This document shows, piece by piece, positions 12,199-23,600 of a stretch of DNA of 59,754 nucleotides. The translations under genes were made by a program, and so were the position numbers. The stretch lies in the NCBI RefSeq assembly GCF_001194135.2, contig NC_068982.1, positions 62,560,613-62,620,366 of the forward strand. Reading direction: 5' to 3'. Position 1 is the stretch's first letter; every line of letters starts with the position of its first letter. The notes below the pieces were generated by a model, which saw nothing but the letters and a program-made list of their open reading frames with translations, did no database searches and was not told where the DNA came from. Source of the stretch: Octopus bimaculoides. Taxonomy: Eukaryota.

Positions 12199-12906
12199 AC
12201 AATAGTTGATAGACGTGATCAGTTTAATAAGTCGCCTCTCTGCTTCAAGCTTATGTTTTATCACTTACAATCGAAAGATACACTGATTGATATGAAATTT
12301 CATTTGTCACATCTTCCAACGAGAACTTAGGTAATAATCAGCAGTGACTTTGTTCTTTTACATTTTAAAGTATTTTTTAAACAATGCTTTTCATTACCGA
12401 ATTTCATTCCATTTTATTAAGTTAGCTTTTATCGTCTTTTTCCCCATCCTTTCATATCTTCATTTAAATATATATATATATTTTTTATTAAAATTTCACC
12501 ATTCAGCGTCATCGGTAGTATTTCTATACGTTCGCCCTTACCCGTAAAATGTTTCTTTCAAAACGCACTATACAACCAAAGTCGCGTAACGTATCTTCAA
12601 AACTAATTTCGAATTCGTAACAGTAACAAAAAAGAAAAAGAAAACTTATCAAGATATAGAACTAGTCAGTCTTCATTTATGTCTAAACAACGTGTTTATC
12701 GCGATGCCTGACGAAACATAAATTGTTGGTTAAGTGTTAGGTCGTGAATCGAAGACGCTTATTTTTAAAGAAACAGAATGTAAAATGTTATATTAATTCA
12801 TGCTGAATTTTCACAGCGAGAGGGAGAGGGGAGAAAGAGAGGGAAGAGGGGGAGAAAGAGAGAGAAAGAGGGATATATATATATATATATAGGGAGGGAG
12901 ATAGAG

Positions 12907-12958
<52 letters not shown>

Positions 12959-13382
12959 TGACGTATTCATTTGATAACGCAGTTTTCTTCCGTGTTATAT
13001 CAATTTCAGAGGAATGAGAAACAAAGCCGACACTGACAAAATTCTAACCCAAAACCTTGATATTAGAAGCCAAAACATTCACAGCTCAAAAGAATTCACT
13101 CTATTTAACGTTATATATAATTTGAAGAGAACATCTTTTTAGCTAGCCACAAGTAATCTATATCGTTACATGGAATTAAATTGATTTAATAAATTGTTAG
13201 GTAAATAAATAGATTAAAAGATGGTTAAACAGAGGACTATGAAAAGACTTAACTGTCTGAGTCGATAGCTAAAGTGTATTTGTCAATAGTATATAAAAGA
13301 AATGCACTCAAGGATGCGCACGTATATACATACATGCTTACATACATACATACATGCATACATGCATACATGCATGCATACA

Positions 13383-13456
<74 letters not shown>

Positions 13457-13457
<1 letters not shown>

Positions 13458-13535
13458 GACGGGCTTCTTTCAGTTTCCGTCAACCAAATCCACTCACAAG
13501 ACTTTGGTCAGCCCGAAGCTATAGTAGAAGACACA
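13457..13535 (-). mobile_element. SINE family B, 5'-half fragment abutting its internal (TA)n
   Basis: gacgggcttctttcagtttccgtcaaccaaatccactcacaag matches 29150-29300. Confidence 0.75.
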
Positions 13536-13832
13536 TGTACATCTATCAGACGGGACCTTGATGACTCCTATGAAGCAGAAAAGTATACTAGCCCCTATAT
13601 ATATTTAATACTCAATATTTCATATATTCAATAAGACATTCAATACTTCATTTCATTTTACTACTTATATTATATATTCCATATTCTATATCCTAAATTA
13701 ATTTTATAAGAATATAAATGAAACATAAAAAACAGACAAAGTTGGAACTCTTTTAGATAATATATTCCTCTATACACTATCATACAAACCCCCCTTTTTT
13801 ATATATACTTACATACATACATACATACATAA

Positions 13833-13911
<79 letters not shown>

Positions 13912-14039
13912 CAATGAGAATATTTAAAAGTCTTATAGGGATATTTTATCCAAGATACACTGGTTTAATATTTTATATTTTGAAGAGATATTTCTTCAAA
14001 GAATATATTATATAAAATATCGTAAAATATAAACGTTAT

Positions 14040-14346
14040 TATCGAGTTAGAAAAGAGAGAGACCTAATGGATACAAATGAATTTATTAATTACAAAACAT
14101 ATTCACCGACAACTGTCTCATTTCACAAACAAAATTAAAATTACAAAAACATACATAAATATATAATTTTGCATTTTAAATACTTTGTATGGAAAATCAT
14201 CAGGGGTACAAAGGGCAATACGGATTACATTTGGAATACTCAGAATATATAGACTATGTGTGTATGTAAATGTTTGTGCGCGCACGCGTTTAAATTATTA
14301 CTTTCATTCAATAATAATAATAATAATAATAATGATAGTAGTAGTA

Positions 14347-14420
<74 letters not shown>

Positions 14421-14837
14421 CATGAATGATGGGTTACAGTGTATAAGAATAAAGTAATATAATCAATAAAAAAATATATTACTTTACTACTATATGCTAT
14501 AACCCATCATTCAGGATTACTATTTTTATTATTATTGAATTAAAATAAAAGTAATAATTTTAACGCATGCCTGCACACACACATATACATACACACATAA
14601 TAAACTAGTCTATATAATCTGAGTATTCCAAACGTATCCTAATGTAATCCTTAATGTCCTTTGTACACCCTGATGATTTTTCCATACAAGCTGTTTAAAA
14701 TGTAAAATTTATGTAAAATATTTATATATGTTTTGTAATTTTAATTTTGTCTGTGAAATGAAACGATTGTAGGTGAATATGTTAAGTAATTAATAATTTC
14801 ATTTGTATCCATTAGATCTCTGTTTTCTAACTCGATA
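14040..14837. repeat. ~800-bp foldback / MITE-like long inverted repeat
   Basis: tatcgagttagaaaa...ctaatggatacaaatgaa is inverse to ttcatttgtatccattag...ttttctaactcgata. Complementarity continues inward to a ~45-bp centre. Confidence 0.9.
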
Positions 14838-14906
<69 letters not shown>

Positions 14907-14908
14907 AA

Positions 14909-14973
<65 letters not shown>

Positions 14974-15090
14974 ATAATAATAATAATATACATTATATAT
15001 NNNNNNNNNNTACTAATAATAATAATAATAATATACATTATATATATATGTTTGTGTGTGTGTAGGTATATATATATATATATATCTATC

Positions 15091-15174
<84 letters not shown>

Positions 15175-16089
15175 AGTGCCGTAGCATGACCATAGCCCTT
15201 GTCTTAAATAAGTATATGTAGTATTAAGACAGACAGGCGGATCGATATTCAATTAACGAGAAAATTTTACACAAATAGAAGGAAAATAGTGCAAGACAAT
15301 TATTAATAGAAAGGTGTTATGAGTGTGTTTATGTAAAGGAAATAAATGTAGAGCGATAGATTGGATGAGCGAAGGTGTGTGTGTGTGTAAAAGAGAAAGG
15401 AAGAAAGAGGAGAGAGATAGAACCAAAAGATGTGAAAACATTGAGATTGGTGTAGAACATACATATAGAGGAAATTAAGGAAAGCATTAAAGGGAAAAAA
15501 AGAGGAGTGAATGAGAAAGAAAATAGCAAAGAATGAAGAAATAATATTGAAATTGAACGAAGTAAAAAAAAGTTATTAAACATATAAAAAGGTGAAAAAT
15601 TAAGACATTCTATTAAGTTGTATTTGGCAGAAATTAGGCTGCAGGCTACCAACATTTGACATTAATAGTGCAAAAGGATTCTTTCTCTTTTTTTTTTACT
15701 TTTCCCCATGATTGCTAATCACAGTTCGTGTTGTATGTAACAATAACTTTCGAAATTAATAATGTCTCTTCAATTTATTCGCTATTCTGGGTTGTTTACT
15801 AGATATCTACGAACTTTATTATTAATTTCTTTCGACTCTCGGTTATATGGATTATTCTTTAATTGAAGCAAGAAAACTGATGGAATGGTAATAGTTCTTA
15901 TTCCTAAACTAAAAGTGACTTGTCGTCAATTCATGCCTCTTATTGGTCTGCATGCATTTACTGCTATTAATCAGGACATTCATTCATGCATACATACATA
16001 CATACATACATACATACATACATACATACATACACGCATGCACATATACATACACACATACATACATACATGTGTGGTATTAAATTAAA

Positions 16090-16960
16090 TAAAGAAAAGG
16101 TACCATCTTTTCTAAGGATGTGGACGATCTCCTAATGCTGACTTCCTTCCGGAAGGAGAAATTCATCAACGCCGATGAACGCATCAAATTCAAAATCGAG
16201 CACCGTGTCAAGTGTGGAGCCCTCTTTATGCTCCATTCCTAACTCAGAATTACAGAGGGTTTCTGTCTATTTCAACTTTTACAAGAAAGCTGCAAGTAGG
16301 AATCTGACTGTATACTCTGAATCGGCCCTACCTACCAGAGCCAAAACTATCCATGTACAAACGAAATCTCACGTAAAGGTGATAGGTACAGCGATGCAGC
16401 TAACAGTGTCACAAACACCAAACAATTGCACATGATCCTACTAAACAAGGGTTATCTACTAGCTTACGCAATATAACAGTATATAAACAATGATAAAGTT
16501 AATAAACTTTATAGGAAGGCCAATGGTCGCAAGATTGGCACATACTTCTTAAAACTTCGAATGTCGATGACAGAATCACCACGATAATCCATCATGCAAT
16601 TCAAAGGGAGGGACTAAACATACAGATGGTGCACTTCGCTCCATCCCTGAGTAATTTTTTGTAAAGAAATAGTATTACAGACGGCATCTTGTCCAATTGT
16701 TCCATGATCAACATAAAAATGTGCTCGACGGACTAGGTGGTATCTGAGGTAGTCTGCAGCGTATCTAGAGCACCCTACATTTGGAGGACCATTAGAAAAC
16801 TGTATATCCATCTGCATCAAGCAACATGTGTTTAGAGACACTTCAGTTCATTAAGAATTACAGAAGTACCAGACAAAGGACATTACTGTATCCATCCGGC
16901 AATCTTCGAATTAAGGAGGCTATCCTAAATTCAAAAAGAGAACTAGCATGAAAAAACAAA
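16090..16960 (+). mobile_element. Degenerate Penelope-like element (RT thumb + GIY-YIG remnant)
   Basis: DERIKFKIEH, FYKKAASRNLTVYSESALP, and VV.EVVCSVSRAPYIWRTIRKL (decayed GIY-YIG). Confidence 0.7.
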
Positions 16961-18002
16961 AAGGAGCTATATAAAGGTAAGGCAATCTGAGAGAAACTGT
17001 CTGAAAGGGCAGAATGGTCATCGTCAGGTTGTCTATATTATTAATCCACTCGATCAGAATTAATCAGTTACTAAATAACGTAAATTTATTTGTCACACAC
17101 CATTTGTTTCACAAAAATATAAATATGTTTTATTGCTTAATTGATATGAGGTCAATATGAAACTATAGCTATATTTCCTTTCAAAACTTTTTCTCAAGTA
17201 AATTTACAAATCAGTTCAATGTTGGAATATGGAAATTGATGAGGAATGTCGTCACTAATTACAGACATTTATAACATAAATGCGTTAACTGTCGCATGTA
17301 ATAGCAAATTAATTGCAGATGGTGTTATATATTTAATAAGACATAGCGTTATTTCAAATGCTGGAAATTTCCTTCTTTCAAAATTCTTACTCAGTACTGT
17401 ACTCTCCCTTTCTCTCACACACACAGGAATATGTGTGTGTGCGTATGTGTGTATGTGTGTATGTGTGTGTGTGTGTGTGTGCGTGTGCGTGCGAGTGTGT
17501 GCGTACGAGATCTGTTTATTTGAAGGCGAAATTATGTGAACCCTCACATCTTTTACGCTATAAGAAACAGGAGAGCGAGTTGGGAGTTTTCGAGCAAACG
17601 TGATGGTACAATTTTCTACCCTTTTATAACTTGCCCATTTTCAATATTTAGGGTTTTAAAGTACAAGTTATCTACCTTATACTCCCACAATCCCTATACA
17701 ATAATTGTAAATATTTTAATTTTTTGTTCTTTAATTATTTTACTTAGTCATCTATATATTGCTAAGTAACTGAGTTCGAACCTTTATACAAGCCTGTTTT
17801 GATGTATAATCTAATTGCTACCGAGTTATTCCCCCTGTCAGCACGACTCCATTGGTTTCCATATTAGACGGACAGTAAAAACGGACTAACATTCTATGAA
17901 GACAAATCTGAATATATATACGCATACATGCCACTGAAAGGGAGATCGACAGAAAGTGGCACTCAATACATTGGCAGAAATTACATATATTATCTAATAA
18001 CA

Positions 18003-18245
18003 GAAACATGTCCCTGAATGCAGGCTAGGCTGGGTGGAAGTGCTTGTCTCCCCATCATAAACATAAGGACACAGGAAATGTCTCAAGGCTGACAGGAAGC
18101 GGTCCAGCTTCCTAGGGCTAAATAGCAGAAGTATGATTCCCTTATTGGGACTGTCACTTTAAGTTGACAGTATACAACTGCTTTATCGTAACACTGCTGC
18201 TTAAGTCTCTCTGTGAGATTTATAATTAGATCATTTCTAATTAAT
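18003..18245 (+). mobile_element. Second, diverged and permuted copy of the hammerhead-containing unit
   Basis: Begins at gaaacatgtc (ribozyme 3' half), shares aacataaggacacag and taagttg, and runs into ctttatcgt..taagtctctctg.gagattta..atttctaatt, which matches 3547-3610. Confidence 0.7.
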
Positions 18246-18597
18246 GTAATATTTATACTTATTGTGTGGGAGTATGAGTTGGATATAAGATCCGAAAATA
18301 CAGAAAAATGAAGTTATAAAACAGTTGAAAATTTAACCATCATGTGTGTGCTCGAAAAGTCCTAGAGTCGCTCTCCTGGTCATATAGTGTAAAAGATGTG
18401 AAGTGATGCTTAAGTACTCCCTGAAGTAAGCAAGTCTCTTAATCGAAGGCGTTTTTAAGTGGAACGTAGAGTTCGAACTAAGGTCGGTTTTGTTACTATA
18501 TTCTTTATTCCACACTTATACGTATAAACAGACACTCCACGCACCACATATATGCATGTACATATATATCTATGTGTGTGAGAGAGACAGAGAGTGA

Positions 18598-18660
<63 letters not shown>

Positions 18661-19587
18661 NNNNNNNNNNNNNNNNNNNNNNNNNNNNNNNNNNNNNNNN
18701 NNNNNNNNNNNNNNNNNNNNNNNNNNNNNNNNNNNNNNNNNNNNNNNNNNNNNNNNNNNNNNNNNNNNNNNNNNNNNNNNNNNNNNNNNNNNNNNNNNNN
18801 NNNNNNNNNNNNNNNNNNNNNNNNNNNNNNNNNNNNNNNNNNNNNNNNNNNNNNNNNNACTACGCTAGCCGTTTCTATTCATTAGATACGCGACGTCTTT
18901 CTAAGAAGTGGCCGTACCGAAATGTCGTGTGAGTGCCTTGCGGTGTTGTATGCTGACACTGAATTGTTACTGACCCAAGATTTTTCTAAAATTGGGTTTG
19001 TGTTGTGGCACAGAATTGTTGCCGACTCAAGATTTTTTTTTTTTATTAAAATGACTAAAACTACTGATTGATTTTTCACAGGTGTAACTCTATCTAAAAT
19101 CACAGGTAAAGCCGTAATAGCGTGCAGGAAAGCAGCTGCTTTCATTCTTTCTTATGACTTGGTAACCAAAAAAAAAAAAAAAAAGATGGAACGTATTATT
19201 TTATTAATCCAGAAATCATCATTAATAAATAAATAAGGAAATCAGTATTATCATTGCTATTACTACGACTGTTATTGTTACAAAAGTTGTAGATGGCAGA
19301 ATCGTTGGAGCATCTGGCACGATATTTAGTGATATTTAGTTGCATTCAGTCTAACGTTCCGAGATGAAATCTTGCCCAAGTCTACTTTACCTGTGAGTCT
19401 TCTGAAGGTGATGAATTAACAACCAACTGATAAAAATATCCGCTCGATTAGTCTTGATTTTTCTGATTGTGTAGATAGGAATATGCCAATGTATAGCTGC
19501 ATTGTTATTCTCTGAAACTTATGTAACTACAAACACTACTTTTCTGTTGGTATATCATAATACTGGCATTATTTTCGGTGTTTCAAA

Positions 19588-19950
19588 GGCGGCTAGCTGG
19601 CAGGAAAGTTAGCACGCCGGGCAAAATGCTTAGCGGTATTTCGTCTGTCTTTACTTCCTGAGTTCAAATTCCGCCGAGGTCGACTTTGCCTTTCCACCTT
19701 TCGGGATCGATAAATTAAGTACCAGTTGCGTACTGGGGTCGATCTAAACGACTAGCCCCCTCGCCAAAAATTTCGAGCCTCGAGGAGAAAAGTATATTAT
19801 TTCTGGTGTTTCCAAGGCGGCGAGCTGCCAGAAACGTTAGCATGCTGGGCAAAATGTTTAGCGTTATTTCGTCTGTCTTTACTTTCTGAATTCAAATTCC
19901 GCCGAGGTCGACTTTGTCTTTCATCTTTTCGGGGTCGATATATTAAGTAC
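19588..19950 (+). mobile_element. Two tandem family A SINEs
   Basis: Heads ggcggc(t/g)agctg(g/c)cag at ~19588 and ~19816; both carry B-box ttcaaattcc and the core. Confidence 0.9.
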
Positions 19951-19959
19951 TGTCTGCAT

Positions 19960-21150
19960 TATATTTGGTCGTTTCTGATGAGAAGGCTTTGATCCAATTC
20001 CGCAAATTAAAATCCCTCAGTTTTAGCTTTCAGTCCACTCAATTCTATAATTTTTATTTCTGTTTCTACCTTGCTCGATATTTTTTACGAGTTTTGGCCA
20101 TGTAGGAGTTTTATTATATTTTTTTTTGCCGCCATAGTTTTAGAATGGCGTTTTGTATCCCCATTTTAATTTTAGCTTTTCAAAATTCCTGTTGTTTCTC
20201 TTTTTATAACACAATTGACTATCATTTAAGCCCGTTTTATATTTATTGGCTTATTTTGCTTAATTTGTTCTATTATGTTGTAATTTAATACACATTTTCG
20301 TTGTCTTACGGTGGGTATTTTTTAAGTTTTGCATTTACATTAGACTCCCAACTATCCTCTCTTCGCGAGGAATATAATTTTTCGGTGAAAGGTTTTAAGA
20401 GATATAACACAATTTATTTAGAGTGATTGTCTTGTGTCTTTTTTTCCGACTAGTATTACAAATTCGCTTTGTGCCTTATTGGGAATATCATAACTGATGC
20501 CTGGTGCAGCTCAAGTGTTGATAGCTGTTACCAGATTTTCTAGCTTTGTGTGAAATACTAATCTAGTGTGCTCATATTTCTTCCAAACTTCTTTCCTTTG
20601 TGTGTGTTGTACACTATTTAACTCCTTGATTTCAACATATTTGTAAGTCTGAGTTTCGTCTAATTCTCTCATCTTTTTTTTTTATATCCAAAATGACCTT
20701 AATATTTCTTAGCATTTTCCATTTTCAGACTGTCTTAAGTAGCTTCCTAATAAGAATTCTTAAATTAATTTTTCTAGTCTTACCAGCAGCGTTTCTAGTT
20801 GCTTTTTGCTTTTTTTAAACAGCTTTATCGTACAATTAGGGGGCCACCCATATACAAATGCTGGTTGAATGTCTTCCCTAAAGCACTTGTATTCGAGTCT
20901 AGTTTAATATGTTGCTTAAATTAGTTAGGGATTCTTGCGTAAGACGAAGTGGGTTGTGGGTGGAGACACTTCTCTTGGAATATTCCTTTTCTGAAAGAGA
21001 TGTTACATGTTATAATTCTTTCTTCTGTCTGCCTTTTAATCATGACATGTCTAATGCGTCTGCTTGGTAGTAACTTATTCATGGCTAATGTTTCCATGCT
21101 TCACGTGCACAGAGCATTCTCAAAAGCCTTGTGATAATCAATTTATGTCA
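19960..21150 (-). mobile_element. Old R4/Dong-type LINE RT fragment
   Basis: Decayed RKGIFQE (GIFQGD motif), TYKYVEI and LYSSRR (RLYxxR) regions. Confidence 0.65.
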
Positions 21151-21239
21151 TGCTCAGACACTTTTTTACCTGGCTTTGTTGATGATTAAATGACCTTTTC
21201 GACAATATTATTATTACCATTATTATTATTATTATTATT

Positions 21240-22076
21240 GTTCAGTAGTTTTATTTTTATAACGTGCTTTCACTTCACTACCGAGCGCAGCTCTGTGCGC
21301 CTTGGGTATGTGCTGTGGTTTGCTGTGGTGCTTTTATGTTTACTGTATTGAAAGTGTTTTGCGTAGAATGTGTGCAGTACCCAGTAGTGCAATTTTCTGT
21401 ATGTTACATATATTTGTAAGTCCTGGTATTTTTGTTATGTATTTGTCTGAGTATTTTTTTATTATACCTAAGGCACCTACTATGATAGGAATTGTTTCTG
21501 TTTTTAGACTCCACATTCGAGTTATCTCTATTTCCAGGTCTTTGTATTTTGAAAGTTTTTCCATTTCTTTTCGAGAANNNNNNNNNNNNNNNNNNNNNNN
21601 NNNNNNNNNNNNNNNNNNNNNNNNNNNNNNNNNNNNNNNNNNNNNNNNNNNNNNNNNNNNNNNNNNNNNNNNNNNNNNNNNNNNNNNNNNNNNNNNNNNN
21701 NNNNNNNNNNNNNNNNNNNNNNNNNNNNNNNNNNNNNNNNNNNNNNNNNNNNNNNNNNNNNNNNNNNNNNNNNNNNNNNNNNNNNNNNNNNNNNNNNNNN
21801 NNNNNNNNNNNNNNNNNNNNNNNNNNNNNNNNNTGCTTTCTCGTTTTCTGTGACCTTTTCTGGCGTGTGTTTATACCATCTTTTTTCTGTTGTTATTCCA
21901 TAGTGTTGGCATAGCTTCCAGTGTATATAGGTCCCAGCTCTGTCGTGTCTGTGAATATATTCCTTCTTAGCCAGGACTGGGCAGCCAGAGATAATATGAT
22001 TTATTGTTTCTTGTCCATCTCCACATATTCTACAGTTACTTGTTATATTTCTTTTCATTATGTGTTTTTGGTAATT
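21240..22076 (-). mobile_element. Young 5'-truncated R4/Dong-type LINE (CCHC knuckle + RLE), gap inside
   Basis: CRICGDGQETINHIISGCPVLAKKEYIHRHD...KYKDLEIEITRMWSLKTETIPIIVGALG...ALLGTAHILRKTL*; (ATT)n tracts on both sides. Confidence 0.92.
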
Positions 22077-22078
22077 TC

Positions 22079-22140
<62 letters not shown>

Positions 22141-22141
<1 letters not shown>

Positions 22142-23600
22142 CTATATCTGTGTCATGTCTCAGCTTCTTCTCGTAGCAGAGCTATTCCAAACCTCGCTGT
22201 CATCTGAATTCTTGAGAAGTTTGGTATTCGCAGCTTTTGCTGCAACCTCTTTTTGAGATGGTCCCAAGTGCACTAACCACAATTGGTACCAGACTCTTTT
22301 AAGGCTCTATGAATTCTTTTCATTTCCAGTCCTAAGTCTTGGTACTTGCCGACTTTCTCATTCTCTGCCTTAACAATATTTAGGTCTGCAGGTGTAACTA
22401 CATCCTTGCAAGTTCATTCTTTGAACTCCTTCAGAAGAAGACTGATATCTCGTCGGTTATGTTGCAGCTTTTTGTCTGTGTATATTGGTATATCCCATGC
22501 GGGTCGCACCTAATCTTTCTCCGCCACTGGCAAAGGCTGGTGCTCATACTACTTGGAACATTGTAGCCCATACTTCTTGCACAACTGCCAGTGTATTCGC
22601 ATTGTTACTTTGTCATGGCGTTTTTTTGTATTCTCTCTAGCGTAGTTTTGAGTATCCACTAATTATATGTCGAATAGTCTCAGATGATTTTTCTACATAG
22701 GCTACACAAAAGTAATACCGCTGTCTTATCAATGCTACACTTATTGAGTTAGTTGGTAAAGCTTGTTCTTGAGCAGCAAGAATCAGTCCTTCCGTCTCCT
22801 TTAAAAAGCCATGTCTTAACCATCTTCAGGATTCTTCATCAGTTTCATCTACTGTTTGTTGAAAAACTCTCCGTCTAGTAGTTCCTCCTTCCAGTTGACG
22901 ATCTTTTCTCTGTTAGTCCTGATATTGTGTGGAGGCGCAATAGCCCAGTGGTTAGAGCAGCAGACTCCTGGTCATAGTATCGCGGTTTCGATTCCTAGAC
23001 CGGGCGTTGTGAGTGTTTATTGAGCGAAAACACCTAAGGCTCCTCGGGGCTCCGGCAGGGGATGGTAGTGAACCCTGCTGTACTCTTTCACCACAACTTT
23101 CTCACACTCTTACTTCCTGTTTCTGTTGTGCCTGTAATTCAAAGGGTCAGCCTTGTCACACTATGTCACGCTGAATATCCTCGAGAACTACGTTAAGGGT
23201 ACACGTGTCTGTGGAGTGCTCAGCCACTTGCACGTTAATTTCACGAGCAGGCTGTTCCGTTGATCGGATCAACTGGAACCCTCGACGTCGTAAGCGACGG
23301 ACTGCCAACAACCTCATATTGTATTCTTGGAAGGTCTTTCCATTGTCATCAATCAACTTCTCTGTCAGTGCTACTTGCAACATTCTTTCATCCCTATTCC
23401 TCAGAGAGGCATGCAAGAGCTTGATCTTTTTCTCAACACTAGTTTCTATTCCAACCAGTCTTCTCATAGTTTGATGGCCGTTGACTCTCTTGGGATAATG
23501 TGCCCCTTAATAGGTTTTGTTTTTCATCTTGCAAGGTTCCAACAGAATCCACCCTCATTATCAGGCAAGCTACATGTTACCAATAACACTAAGAGTGATT
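22141..23600 (-). mobile_element. R4/Dong-type LINE fragment interrupted by a SINE
   Basis: GAHYPK..MRRLVGIETSVEKKIKLL..DERML, then ETEGLILAAQEQAL, RHDKV, WDIP and VVSALG motifs. Confidence 0.85.
22929..23311 (+). mobile_element. tRNA-derived SINE, family C, full length with TSD
   Basis: A-box tagcccagtgg, B-box ggtttcgattcc, tail tgccaacaa. TSD cctgatattgt (22918-22928) / cctcatattgt (23312-23322). Confidence 0.92.

Noticed and set aside
12707-12760. Other CUGANGA hits (120, 12707, 14670, 17020 minus, 19975, 33955, 42985, 45597)
   Set aside because: None has a stem II immediately followed by GAAA and a cleavage triplet.
22929-23000. tRNA genes
   Set aside because: A/B boxes belong to SINE heads that run into SINE bodies; no complete cloverleaf seen.
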